DNA of 63,292 nt, the filler included, from an uncultured Gemmatimonadota bacterium (GTDB taxonomy: Bacteria; Blakebacterota; Blakebacteria; Blakebacterales; Blakebacteraceae): the NCBI GenBank assembly GCA_964576115.1. It is 4 parts of 4 records of this genome, joined end to end, with 100 filler letters (N's around TTAATTAATTAA, not from the genome) between each part and the next. Parts side by side here need not be neighbours in the genome. Positions count along the whole stretch, not along the records: positions 1 to 16,113 come from CAZNUA010000065.1; positions 16,214 to 32,156 come from CAZNUA010000066.1; 2 more parts are not named here. One strand, given 5' to 3'. Each line of letters opens with the position of its first letter. The stretch's first letter is position 1. The notes below the pieces were generated by a model, which did not search any database, was not told the origin of the DNA, and saw nothing but the letters and a program-made list of their open reading frames with translations. Below, one piece after another: positions 8,281-18,943 of the stretch. Both the position numbers and the translations under genes were made by a program.

Positions 8281-9666
8281 CTATCCCGTATCGAGCCCCG
8301 GATCGGGCTCGGCCACGAGCAGGATGAGATCCATGACGTTGGTCATGGTGGGACCGGTCCGGATGAGGTTCCCGGTCGCTTCGAGCAGGGGGTAGGCGTC
8401 ATGACCCACAAGATGTTCGGCGGGCGGGAACCCGGCCGCCTCGGCCCGCGGCCAGGTCCAGCCGTCGACGACACCGCCGGCGGCATCGGTCGGTCCGTCG
8501 GTACCGTCGGTGCCGGCCGAAAGCACGGCCACCCCCGGTGTGCCGGTCAGCTCGGCGGCCGCGGCCAGAGCCAGCTCCTGGTTGCGTCCGCCCCGTCCCA
8601 CTTCACCGGAAATGGTCACTGTCGTCTCGCCGCCGGCAATCAGACAGCAGGGAGGTGACACCGGGCCCTCCCCCCGCCGGGTCGCCAGAGCCAGGCGGGC
8701 CAACTCGCGCCCCACCTCGGCCGCTTCACCTTCCTGCGCCGTTGTCAGAATCCTGGGTTCGAAGCCGTGCCGGCGGGCTCGTTCGGCCGCCGCTGACACC
8801 GCCCGCTCGAGATTGCCGATGATGATGGTTTCTGTCAAACGGCAGGCCTCATCGTCCTCCTTGGCGGTCTCGGGCACCTCGCCCCTCTGCCCCGCCTCGA
8901 GCCGCGCCAGTACTCCGGCCGGTACCTGAGGGCGCACGCCGAAACGGTCGAGCACGGCCAGAGCGTCGGCATATGTCGTCGGATCGGACACGGTCGGCCC
9001 CGAGGCAATGACCGAGAGCGGATCGCCGATGACATCGCTCAAGACCAGGGTCAGCACCCGGGCCGGACAGGCAGCGTGAGCGAGCCGCCCTCCCTTGACC
9101 AGCGAGATATGCTTGCGGACGGCATTGACGTCCTGGATGGGAGCCCCCGAGGCGAGCAGAATGCTGAAGGTTTCTCGAGCTTCGGCCAGCGTAATTGGCT
9201 CGGGATAGGCGTCGAGAACCGCGCTGCCACCGCCGGTAATGAGCACCAGGGCCAGATCCTTCTCCCCCAGACTCTCGAGCAGGCTCAGAATGCGTTGGGC
9301 GGCTTCGACGCTGCCCTCGTCGGGAACCGGGTGCCCGGCCTCGATGAGATCGACCTTTTCGAGGGGGCAGACATGACCGTGCTTGACCGCCACGATTCCC
9401 CCCTCGAGACGGTCATCGAGCAGTTCTTCCACCGCGGCCGCCATGGGTGCGACAGCCTTGCCGAATCCGGCCAGCACGATCCGCTCGAGACCGTTGAGGT
9501 CTATTTCGACCGTGCGCCCGCTCACGCCACGGGCCTCGAGGATCGTCCCCCGTAAAGTCAGGGCTTCCTCGATGAGCTGGCAGGGATGAACGCTCTCCAC
9601 CGCCGCGCTGAAGATATCCAGAGCCCGCGCCCGCAGTTCCGCCGCTCTTGCTTCCGCATCCGACAT
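8281..9666 (-). CDS. Glycerate 2-kinase (MOFRL family)
   Basis: 'GFGKA', 'AGHPVPD', 'LITGGGSA', 'RKHISLVKGG', 'GGETTV', 'GGRNQE', 'GTDGTDGPTDAAG' and 'TGPTMTNVMD'. Start set at ATG 9666. Confidence 0.93.
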   Translation of the reverse strand: MSDAEARAAELRARALDIFSAAVESVHPCQLIEEALTLRGTILEARGVSGRTVEIDLNGLERIVLAGFGKAVAPMAAAVEELLDDRLEGGIVAVKHGHVCPLEKVDLIEAGHPVPDEGSVEAAQRILSLLESLGEKDLALVLITGGGSAVLDAYPEPITLAEARETFSILLASGAPIQDVNAVRKHISLVKGGRLAHAACPARVLTLVLSDVIGDPLSVIASGPTVSDPTTYADALAVLDRFGVRPQVPAGVLARLEAGQRGEVPETAKEDDEACRLTETIIIGNLERAVSAAAERARRHGFEPRILTTAQEGEAAEVGRELARLALATRRGEGPVSPPCCLIAGGETTVTISGEVGRGGRNQELALAAAAELTGTPGVAVLSAGTDGTDGPTDAAGGVVDGWTWPRAEAAGFPPAEHLVGHDAYPLLEATGNLIRTGPTMTNVMDLILLVAEPDPGLDTG

Positions 9667-9879
9667 GGTAGACACGACCTTAGGCCAGCCGCCGCAGGCG
9701 GTCAACCTGCTGGCGGAGTGAAGAAATCCGCTCCGGAGCCGTATTGCGGGCAACGAGTCGGGTCGTGAGGGCGACCGTGAGCAGAACCGTCCGCTGGATA
9801 GCGATCCCGACAGCGAACAGACGAAGAGCGAATTTGCGCACCGGACAGTGAAACAAAAGTTCAGGATTTACGTTGAAAG

Positions 9880-9933
9880 TGACTGGGGAGTCAATATATT
9901 GACCGGACAGTCATATTTTTGACTTGACAGTGT
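9880..9933. promoter_or_regulatory. Three phased TetR-type operator palindromes
   Basis: TGACTGGGGAGTCA (9880), TGACCGGACAGTCA (9900) and TGACTTGACAGTGT (9920), exactly 20 bp apart, upstream of the TetR gene. Confidence 0.7.
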
Positions 9934-10007
9934 AATAATTAGGCATACCTAATTATTACCCCGTCGTGCTGCCCGGCACGACCCGACAGCAGGAGAGGGC
10001 ACCTGAG

Positions 10008-10637
10008 ATGACACGCAAACGTCAGGAGCGGGAGTGGCACCGCCGATACATCCTCGAACGGGCGATGTCCGAGTTCGCCCGGAGCGGCTACGCCGGAACG
10101 ACCATGGAAGCGATCGCCGATGCCGCGGGAGTATCGAAAGGAACCCTCTATAACTACTTCTCCAACAAGCAGGACCTCTTCTTCAGTCTCATCGAGCTCG
10201 GCATGTCGGAGCTCGATATCGGCATGCGCGAGGCCATGGAAGGGGAAGAACCGATCCGGGAGAAAACCCGCATTCTGGTGACCCGGTTCCTCGAGGTCTT
10301 CGAGAAAGGGCACGACATCCACAAAATCGTCATGGCTGAAGGGGACCGGATCGTCCTGGCCTCACACAAGGACATGAGCCGGATGATGCGCGAGCAGATA
10401 ATGGGCTTCGTGCGGCTGCTGGCCGATTTCGTGAAAATGGGTCAGGCGGAAGGGGTTTTCCGCCCGTGCGAGCCCGAGAAAGCGGCCTTCATCCTGCTGA
10501 ACATCATCACCTCCGAAACCAAGTACACACTCTTTACCGGCCAGGCCGGGCCCGTCACGCCCGATGCCGACGAGATCACCGATTTCGTTCTGGGCGCACT
10601 CGGGGCCGGTACGTACACACCCGAGCAGGCCGGCTAG
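10008..10637 (+). CDS. TetR/AcrR-family transcriptional regulator
   Basis: HTH 'GYAGTTMEAIADAAGVSKGTLYNYFSNKQDLF'; AGGAG upstream of ATG 10008. Confidence 0.93.
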   Translation: MTRKRQEREWHRRYILERAMSEFARSGYAGTTMEAIADAAGVSKGTLYNYFSNKQDLFFSLIELGMSELDIGMREAMEGEEPIREKTRILVTRFLEVFEKGHDIHKIVMAEGDRIVLASHKDMSRMMREQIMGFVRLLADFVKMGQAEGVFRPCEPEKAAFILLNIITSETKYTLFTGQAGPVTPDADEITDFVLGALGAGTYTPEQAG

Positions 10638-10649
10638 AGGAGGAACAAC

Positions 10650-11999
10650 GTGCAGGTATTTTCAACCAGACAGGTGTTCATCGGGGCCGGGCTCATCACC
10701 CTGACCCTGACCATTGGGCAGGTTCCCGTAACGGCCCAGAGCAGCGGCGAAAGAACCCTGACCCTCGAAGCCGCCCTCGATCTGGCGCTGGAGCAGAACC
10801 CCAACGTCAAAGCCGCCCGCGAACAGCTCAACTCGGCCGACGGCGCCGTTCTGGGGGCTCTGGGACGCATGTTCCCCACGGCCAGCTTCAACGGCCTCTG
10901 GAACTTCGCCGAAAAGGTGCAGGAAATTCCCAACCCCTTCCCGGCACCCGGCATGCCCTCGACGCTGAAAATCGACTTCACCCAGGATTACCAGGGGGGC
11001 ATCAATCTGAACCTGCCGGTCTACTCCTGGGGGGCCATCCGGGCCGGGTATCAAGATGCCCGGACCGGTCGGGACCAGGCCCTGAACTCGCTCGAAACCA
11101 TGCAACGCGATGTGACGATGCAGGTCACCCAGGCTTTTTATGGCGTACTGCTGGCTGAGAAGGGTGTTCAGGTGGCCCGCGATGCCCTGGCCCAGGCCGA
11201 ACGGCAGGAAACGATCGCTGCCGAGCGCTACGAGCACGGAGCGGCGAGCGAGTTCGACCTGCTGCGAGCCCGGGTCCAGGTCGCCAACCTGAAGCCGGGC
11301 GTGGTGCGGGCCGAAGCGATGCTCGAACAGGTCCGGATCGGTCTGAATCTCCTGCTCGGACTCGAACCCGCCGAGGCGGTCGGGGTCGCGGGTGAGTTGC
11401 ACTATGCGCCCTTCGAGATGGATCTGGCGCAGATGAAGCAGCTCGCCTACGCCAACCGGACCGAACTGCACAACGCCCGGCTGAACCTGACCCGAGCCGA
11501 CCTGGGTATCCGGATGGCCCGCGCCAGCCGGATGCCCTCGGTGCTGGTAAGCGGCAGTTGGTCGTTCCGGTCCGACAACACCGCCCTGACCGAACGCTAC
11601 AACGACAGCTACATGGCCAACCTGGTGGTGGCGGTACCGCTCTTCGACGCTTTCCAGGCCAGGAGCCGCATCCGCATGGCCCAGGCGGGTCACGAGCAGG
11701 CGCAGATCATGGTGCGGTCGCTGACACGGGCGGTCGAAGCCGAATGCGAGAGCGCCTTCAGCAACCTCACCGCCGCCGAAGAAGCCTATCTGGCTCAGGT
11801 CGATAATGTCCGGGTGGCCGAGCGGGCCCTGGCGATCGCCGAAGTCTCGTACGAGAACGAGATGATGACGAGTGTCGAACTCATGGACTCCCAACTCGCC
11901 CTGACCATGGCCCGGCAGAACTACTACCAGTCGCTCTACGATTACCTGGTCGCACTGGCCCAGATCGAGAAAGCGATCGGCCAGTCCATCGATCTCTAG
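10650..11999 (+). CDS. TolC-family outer membrane efflux protein
   Basis: Signal peptide, 'LTLEAALDLALEQNP' and two OEP-like halves; lies in an efflux operon. Confidence 0.9.
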   Translation: MQVFSTRQVFIGAGLITLTLTIGQVPVTAQSSGERTLTLEAALDLALEQNPNVKAAREQLNSADGAVLGALGRMFPTASFNGLWNFAEKVQEIPNPFPAPGMPSTLKIDFTQDYQGGINLNLPVYSWGAIRAGYQDARTGRDQALNSLETMQRDVTMQVTQAFYGVLLAEKGVQVARDALAQAERQETIAAERYEHGAASEFDLLRARVQVANLKPGVVRAEAMLEQVRIGLNLLLGLEPAEAVGVAGELHYAPFEMDLAQMKQLAYANRTELHNARLNLTRADLGIRMARASRMPSVLVSGSWSFRSDNTALTERYNDSYMANLVVAVPLFDAFQARSRIRMAQAGHEQAQIMVRSLTRAVEAECESAFSNLTAAEEAYLAQVDNVRVAERALAIAEVSYENEMMTSVELMDSQLALTMARQNYYQSLYDYLVALAQIEKAIGQSIDL

Positions 12000-12011
12000 A
12001 GGACGACTCTC

Positions 12012-13220
12012 ATGCAGAAGGAAACGCAGAAGGACACGGCAATGAAAACCACCCCCAGCACCATTTCCCCCACCCTGTCGATTGCAGTCGGCCTCCTCGC
12101 CCTGCTCACGGCCTGTGCGCCGCCAGCCCGGCAGGCGGACGAGAATCGGGCCATGGTCGTAGACGCTGCGGTGACCGAAACCGGCTCGCTGGAGCAGAGC
12201 ATCCATCTTTCCGGCGACATCGTAGCCGGTCGTTCGGTGCGGCTCTTCGCCCAGATCCCCGACCGGCTCACCCACGTGCACGTCGATGTCGGCGACCGGG
12301 TTCGGGCCGGACAGATCCTGGCCCGGGTGCGCAGCGAAGCCGTTCAGGCCGGAGTCGAGGCGACCGAGGCCAGCCTGCGGGCGGCCCGCGTTTCGCTCGA
12401 TAATCTGCGTGACGAGTATCAGCGCACGCAGAATCTGCACGCCGCCGGAGCCGCCTCGAACCAGGCTCTGGAAGGAGTGCGGACCCAGCTGGAGGCCATG
12501 GAGGCCCAGGTGGAGCAGCTTGAAGCCGCCCTGACCCAGGCCCGGGTGTCCTCGCAGAACACGCTCGTGACGGCCCCCTTCGAGGGCATCATCGCCGAAC
12601 GCTATCTCGAAGCCGGGGACATGGCCGGACCCGGCATGCCCGTCTTCCGCCTGGTCAACATGTCCACGGTGCGAGTCGAAGCCCAGGTCTCGCAGGAGCA
12701 GCTCGGCCAGGTCCGTCTCGATATGCCGGCCCGCATCACGGTCTCGGCGTATCCGGGGCAGGTGTTCACCGGCGAGATCATCCGGATCGCACCGGTCCTC
12801 GATCCCATGACCCGCATGACGAAGATCGAGGTGGGGGTCGACAATCCCGGTGAGAGGCTCAAAGCCGGGATGTTCGCCGACCTGAGCCTGGTCACCGCCC
12901 GGGTCGAGAACACCCTTCTGATCCCGCTCGACGCCCTGCTGGATGAATACCGGTATATCGCCCCGGCCCGGATAGAAAGTGAGTCGGGCTCCGAGATCAC
13001 GGTCCGTACATCCCCGGCCCGGGTCTACCGGATCGTCGACGGCCTCGCTCTCGAAACGGCGATCGAGGTCGGCGTCTCGGACGAAAATATGGTGCAGGTC
13101 GTGCGCGGCCTCGAGCCCGGTGTTGAGGTCGTCACGGTCGGCAAGTACCAGCTGGCCGACAGCACGCGGGTCGAGGTCCGCGGCCAACGGGGCAACAGCC
13201 GGGAGGGAGGTGCCCGATGA
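12012..13220 (+). CDS. RND efflux periplasmic adaptor (MFP)
   Basis: Lipobox 'LTAC'; 'VDVGDRVRAGQILA', 'APFEGII' and 'LKAGMFA'. Confidence 0.92.
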   Translation: MQKETQKDTAMKTTPSTISPTLSIAVGLLALLTACAPPARQADENRAMVVDAAVTETGSLEQSIHLSGDIVAGRSVRLFAQIPDRLTHVHVDVGDRVRAGQILARVRSEAVQAGVEATEASLRAARVSLDNLRDEYQRTQNLHAAGAASNQALEGVRTQLEAMEAQVEQLEAALTQARVSSQNTLVTAPFEGIIAERYLEAGDMAGPGMPVFRLVNMSTVRVEAQVSQEQLGQVRLDMPARITVSAYPGQVFTGEIIRIAPVLDPMTRMTKIEVGVDNPGERLKAGMFADLSLVTARVENTLLIPLDALLDEYRYIAPARIESESGSEITVRTSPARVYRIVDGLALETAIEVGVSDENMVQVVRGLEPGVEVVTVGKYQLADSTRVEVRGQRGNSREGGAR

Positions 13221-16113
13221 ATCTCCCCCGCCTGTCAGTCAAGCGGGCCGTCACCTTCAGCATGCTCTTCGTGGCCATTACCGGTTTCGGCTTCATGGGC
13301 ATGCGGCTGCTGCCCATCGACCTCTTCCCCGACATCACCATGCCGGTGGCGGTGATCTTCGCCGACTATTCCGGGGCCAGCCCCGAAGACATGGAACAGC
13401 TCGTCTCCCAGCCTCTCGAGGAGGCGGTCAGTTCGGTCAGCGGGATCAAGAACATCACCAGCGATTCCCGTCAGGGGGTCTCGTTCCTGATGCTGGAATT
13501 CGCCTGGGGCACCGACATGGATCAGGCCAAGCAGGACATCCGCGAGAACATCGACATGTTCAGCGGCATGCTGCCTCAGGAAATGAACACTCCTATGGTG
13601 GTGGCCTTTGATCCCAGCATGATGCCGATCGCCTTCCTGGGTGTCTCGGGGAACCTCCCCATCCACGAACTGCGCGCCGTGGCCAAAGACCAGATCGAAC
13701 CTCTGCTCGAACGGATCCCCGGCGTGGCCATGGCCTCGACCACCGGCGGGCTCGACCGGCAGATCCAGATCCGTCTCGACCCCACCCGCATGCGCGCCCG
13801 CGGTGTAGGCGTGCAGCAGATAGTGAATGCGATCCGGATGGAGAACGTGCAGATGCCTTCGGGCACCTTCGACCAGGGCTTCATCACCTACGCCGTGCAC
13901 ACCCAGGGCAAGTACACCGAAGTTGAGCAGATCGCCGAGACGATCGTCGGCTATGCCGGCGCGCGACCGGTGTATGTCCGGGATGTCGCCGACGTGGTCG
14001 ACACGTACGAGGACGAAACCGCGGGCACCCATATCAACGGCGCCCCGGGGATCCTCATGGTGATCATGAAGCAGTCGGATGCCAACACCGTGAAGGTGGC
14101 CCGCGAGTCGTTGCGCCAGATGCCGTCTATCAACGAGATGCTCCCCGAGGGAGTCGCCCTCGATGTGATCTTCGAACAGTCGGGCATGATCGAACGCTCG
14201 ATCGGGAACCTGGCCAACACAGCCATACTGGCCTTCCTCATGGCCGCCCTGGTCCTGCTCTTCTTCCTGCGCAATGTCCGGGCCAGCCTGATCGTGGCCC
14301 TGAGCATCCCGCTGAGCGTCCTCTTCGGGCTCTTCGTGATGTACCTGCTCGGCCTGACCCTGAACATCCTCACCCTGGCGGGGATCGCTCTGGCGGTCGG
14401 CATGCTGGTGGATAATTCGATCGTGGTGCTCGAGAACGCCGTCCGCTTCATGGAGGACGGTCAGCCGCCGATGGAGGCGGCGGTCAACGGACCGAGCGAG
14501 ATCCTGATGGCCATCGTGGCTTCGACCCTGACGACCATCAGCGTTTTCCTTCCCGTCCTGTTCGTCCCCGGCATCGCGGGAGTCATGTTCAAGGATATGG
14601 CCATCACGATCTGTGTGACCCTGGCGGCCAGTCTCTTCGTGGCGGTCAGCCTGGTGCCGCTCATGGGCAGCCGCATGCTGCGCCCCGAGAGCGAGCGCCC
14701 GCCGCGCCGGCCCTGGGTCAACCGGCTCGATGAGCGGGTCGGCCGGATCCTGGCTGGTCTGGAAGGGTTCTATGCCGGTGCCCTCAACGCGGTTCTGCAC
14801 CACCGCCGGCTCACGATCGTGGTCACCGTCCTCATCTTCCTCGGCTCGATGGGCCTGGTCGCGCTGCTCGATCAGGAGTGGATACCCGAATCGCAGGACG
14901 AACAGATCGTCCTGAATGTCGAGCGGGCGCCCGGCACCTCGATCGAGGAGATGGAAGAGACCATGGGCCGGCTCGAACGCATCGCCATGGCCACCGTTCC
15001 CGAGGCTTACGCCGTCACCAGCTCGTATGGGCCGGGCGAGGGTTTCGCCAGCTTCAGTTCGACCGCCAGCAACCAGGGACAGCTCGAGATCGACCTGGTC
15101 GACATCGGCGAACGCAAGCGTGACACGGTCGAGATCCGCAACGCCGTTCTGCCCCTGCTCGAGAACGAACCGGGCACCAAGGTCACGGTTCAGGAGATGG
15201 GCATGCATTTCATGACCGGCGGGGACATCATCGTCGAGATCTTCGGGAACGATCTGGAGCAGAGCCAGGGGATCGCCGTGGATCTGCTCGAGCGGATCCG
15301 GGCTCTGCCCGACGTGTTCGATGCCGACAGCACCTATGAGCAGGGGCGCCCCGAACTCGAAGTGGTGATCGACCGCGACCAGCTGGCTTCGCTCGGCCTC
15401 TCGGGCAGCCTGGTCACCAGCACCCTGAGCACCTACCTGCGGGGGTCGGTGGCGACCTGGTACACCGAAGGCAGTCGCGAGTACGAGGTGCTGGTGCGGG
15501 CTGACGAATCCCACCGCAGCACCGCCGCGGCGATCCAGAACCTGTCGATCTCGACCCCGATGGGGCAGCAGATCCCGATGGCCGACTTCGTCTCGCTCGA
15601 GCCCTCGCGCGCCCCCACCACCATCAGCCGGAAGAACGAGCAGCGGGTGGTCTATGTGAATATCGACGTCGAGGGAGCGGCTCTGGGCCGGGTCACCCGC
15701 CAGACGAATCAGATCCTGGAGGAGTACGACTGGCCGGCGGGGTACCAGTGGGCGGTCACCGGCGCGGCCGAGGACATGGCGGAATCGTTCATGTGGCTCT
15801 TCGTGGCCCTGTTGGGTGGTTCGCTGCTGGTCTACATGGTCATGTCGAGCCAGTTCGAGAGCCTGCTCGATCCCTTCATCATCATCTTCACCATCCCCCT
15901 GGCTTTGATCGGGGTGGTCTGGGTGCTTCTCCTGACCGGCACCTCTCTGAGTGTCATCTCGCTGATCGGGGTCATCATCCTGGCCGGGATCGTGGTCAAT
16001 AACAGTATCGTACTGATCGACTACGTCGAACAGCTGCGCACCCGCGGGCTGGAGATGTTCGAAGCGGTCCGGGTGGCGGCGAAACGGCGTATGCGGCCGA
16101 TCCTGATGACCGC
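13217..16113 (+). CDS. RND efflux permease (AcrB/SwrC-like), 3'-truncated by contig end
   Basis: 'LPIDLFPDI', 'AVGMLVDNSIVVLEN', 'AGIVVNNSIVL' and 'RMRPILMT'. Confidence 0.93.
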
Positions 16114-16213
16114 NNNNNNNNNNNNNNNNNNNNNNNNNNNNNNNNNNNNNNNNNNNNTTAATTAATTAANNNNNNNNNNNNNNNNNNNNNNNNNNNNNNN
16201 NNNNNNNNNNNNN
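16114..16213. other. Artificial contig linker
   Basis: N44-TTAATTAATTAA-N44, with stops in all six frames. Confidence 0.97.
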
Positions 16214-16649
16214 GGCGACGGGGCAGACGGGCGAATCCCTCTTCGCGCAACAGCACGGTCAGGGTGTTGATGCTCACGTCTTCGCCCATGAGACTGAGCT
16301 CCCGACGAATATCGTAGACCGAGAGGTTCTGCTTTCTCAGAGCGACAACCTTTTCCCGGAGCCGATCCCGTACCGGGGGGACCTGCGGTCCATGGACGAT
16401 GTCTTTGAAGAATCGATCGGCCTGCTGGCTCTCATTGCGAAAGCGGTGACAGAGGACCCGGAAGTATCCGGGATCGTAGCCGAAGCGCTCGGCTGCCTCG
16501 GCGGAGGTGAGTCCTTCGACGAAATACGCCCGCAGAGCTTCATACTGGCGGTGCGTAACCTTCTCTGGGGCGAGGAAGAAGTGCCCCTCGGGATGCACAG
16601 GCGTTATCTTATTGCACTTACTGTTATCCACATCAATATGATACCACAT
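16214..16649 (-). mobile_element. N-terminal HTH region of a putative transposase, cut by the contig end
   Basis: 'HRQYEALRAYFVEGLTSAEAAERFGY...FRVLCHRFR' and 'VVALRKQNLSVYDI' resemble the N-terminus of a large poorly classified transposase family; it sits at a contig break. Confidence 0.65.
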
Positions 16650-16869
16650 ACATACGACACAATCTAAGCACCTCGTTATCGATAGTGACTATTTCTGGAT
16701 ATGCTAGCTTTTTAAGGCCCTACGCGCTGTTTACGAGACTGTATCGTTAAGAGCTATAAGTGGCACCATAATAGATAACATTACGCCAGGCAATTTTAAG
16801 TACTGGCAATCTGTAACGTGTCACAACTGCCCACTCCTCGTGAATGCGCTACAGAAGGAAGCCGCACGC

Positions 16870-17361
16870 CTACGCTGGGCCGCGACTGTTATCAGCTTGG
16901 GGGTCCGTGGAAATCGAGGCTAGCGATCTAAATTCTCCTGGTCCATCACCTTGTTTCCCTATCCACCTAATAAATTGACCGTCCTTACCAAAGATGCCAA
17001 TTCGCTCTGCTCCCGTGTCAGGCACATAATACTGTCCATCATCTCCGCGATGGAAGGTATATGCTCTAGTGATTAAAGATTCCGGATTGAACTCGTCTTG
17101 TACCAACTGGGCTTCTTCAATGAAATTGAAAAGTTGATCTTTATATCTTGGTACCATAGAGGTAGTAGCAACAATAACTCCGTCTTCATTCATTGTTTCA
17201 AAGGTATGTTCCTGTTGTTCTTCATGAATATTTGTACAACAAGTAACCATTAGAAATGAAATCTGAAGAGCGTGGAACCAGAGAAGTCTAATGCCTATGT
17301 GTGAACCAGAGCTGGAATAATTGACAACTATTGGGGAATATGTAGAATGAATTTGATCCAT
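16870..17361 (-). pseudogene. Truncated 6-bladed beta-propeller (NHL-like) protein
   Basis: 'YYVPDTGAERIGIFGKDGQFIRWIGKQGDGPGEF' is an NHL blade; the frame ends shortly afterwards. AT-rich DNA. Confidence 0.65.
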
Positions 17362-17375
17362 ATATTTCAACACCC

Positions 17376-17851
17376 AGTTGTGCAACAAGTCTTCTGTAAA
17401 AGTTTCACAGCCATCCTGCCCCTGAGGGTCAGTTAACACATTCTACTGTTTCAGTCTCCGGTTGTTCAAGCACCTCCATCAACAGATATCGTCGTCCCGT
17501 CACCCAGTCTTCATGCAGTTCCTTCAGGAGTGCGGTTGCCAGACGCCTGCAGCTCTGGGGCGTGGGGAAGATCCGGACAACCCGGCTCCTTCGTTTGACT
17601 TCCTGCATGATCCGTTCCAGACCGTTGGAGGTTCTGAGCCTCACCCAGTGGGAGTTGGGAAAATCGAGAACCGCCAGTGTCTCACGGGCGTTCTCATCGA
17701 GCCAGGTGGCAGCCTCCGGGATCTTTGCCTCCCACTCCTCGATCATCTTATCCAGCCGTTTCTCAGCATCTGCCCGATTCCGGCTGAAGTCCCAAATGCC
17801 CCTCATCGCATCCCGGACATCTGGCCAGTGTTTCTTCGACACCTTCTCCAT
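17376..17851 (-). mobile_element. IS256-family remnant (C-terminal transposase fragment plus right end)
   Basis: 'RLRTSNGLERIMQEVKRRSRVVRIFP' IS256 signature; downstream minus-strand TTTTACAGAAGACTTGTTGCACAACT resembles an IS256 terminal repeat. The N-terminal part is missing. Confidence 0.8.
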
Positions 17852-17925
17852 CAGATTAGACTCAAACTGACCGGGGATCTTCTCGTTGAATCAGTTACCT
17901 GGCCCGTCTGAACAGGAGCTGATTC

Positions 17926-18207
17926 ATGAAATGGTTCATGACTGCGCGTTCGCTTCGACGATATGACTCTCGTGAGTTGATTTTTCTTCTGCTCGTTGTC
18001 GTGACTATCACCCTGGTGCCGCCCACCATCTCGGCCCAGCGTCAGGCCCGCTGGCGGGGCACGATCGAACAGGAAGAGGGTGTCCGGGTCATCCGAAACC
18101 CTGCTGATCCCCTTTACGGTGTCATCACCTTCGATCTGCGTCCCGATCTGAAATCAGAGAGCCCGTGCGTGTTCGGAGCGGCTGGCGGCTCGTACCCGGG
18201 GTCATAG
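17926..18207 (+). pseudogene. N-terminal fragment of a secreted 6-bladed beta-propeller protein
   Basis: Signal peptide plus 'WRGTIEQEEGVRVIRNPADPLYG...FDLRPDL', a typical family N-terminus, then an abrupt end. Confidence 0.55.
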
Positions 18208-18239
18208 CGCCGGAGTATCCGGCTTCGGATCAGAGACTG

Positions 18240-18494
18240 CTACGGAGCGTCTGTCCAGTAACCGAACTCCGGTTCATAGAGCGAAATATCGAGATCGACG
18301 ACCTTCTCCTGCATGAAGACCTGCGCGTCGGAGATCGCCTGGTTGTAGATACATGGTCCGATCTCCCGCAGACAGAAATCCAGCAGCAATCCGGCCTTCA
18401 GATCGCCGATCTCTTCTTCCATGTGTTCGGCGAAATAGCGCTTGATCGAGGCGACGAGTTTCTTTCCTGTTTCCGGCTCAAGTTCGATCGGCAT
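18240..18494 (-). CDS. DUF2164-family protein
   Basis: 'SIKRYF.E..EEEIGDLKAGLLLDF...EIGP..YNQAI.DA'. Confidence 0.85.
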   Translation of the reverse strand: MPIELEPETGKKLVASIKRYFAEHMEEEIGDLKAGLLLDFCLREIGPCIYNQAISDAQVFMQEKVVDLDISLYEPEFGYWTDAP

Positions 18495-18766
18495 ACGATT
18501 CCTTTTCGAACAGCTCCTGCCCCGTCACGATCGCGTTCCCGCGTCCATGCGCTTCCTGTCTGAGTGTCTTCTTCTCGAGCGCATTCCGCCCGTTCTCGAG
18601 CAACTACCGGCATTGCGCGCGAATCACACTGCAAGGTACAGGAGGGTTCCGATGATTGCCGACCACGAACCTCCGCTGCCGGAATGGTACGACAGGAACG
18701 CTTCGTGAACCTGTCCCAGCCGGGAGGTGTTGACATCGAATCACCGCTGTTCGATCCCTGCGCCAG

Positions 18767-18943
18767 GAGCCTGTCGGAGTAACCGGCAATCGTGAGGTTT
18801 GGGCTGGCGCCGGCCGACCAGGCGGCTGAGCCGGAGGCCCGGAAACGTAGTCACTGTGCTACGTTGAGGACATCCGGTGAAAGCCAACGCCGTCGGCCGG
18901 ATGCCAGCGCAGACCGCAACCGGTGGTTTACTCCGACAGGCTC
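18767..18943. mobile_element. 177-bp MITE-like element with perfect 16-bp terminal inverted repeats
   Basis: GAGCCTGTCGGAGTAA (18767-18782) and TTACTCCGACAGGCTC (18928-18943), flanked by CCAG and CTAG; long internal imperfect IR and central AACGTAG/CTACGTT hairpin. Confidence 0.8.

Noticed and set aside
16158..16169. TTAATTAATTAA palindrome occurring three times
   Set aside because: It is always embedded in N runs and is a synthetic spacer.
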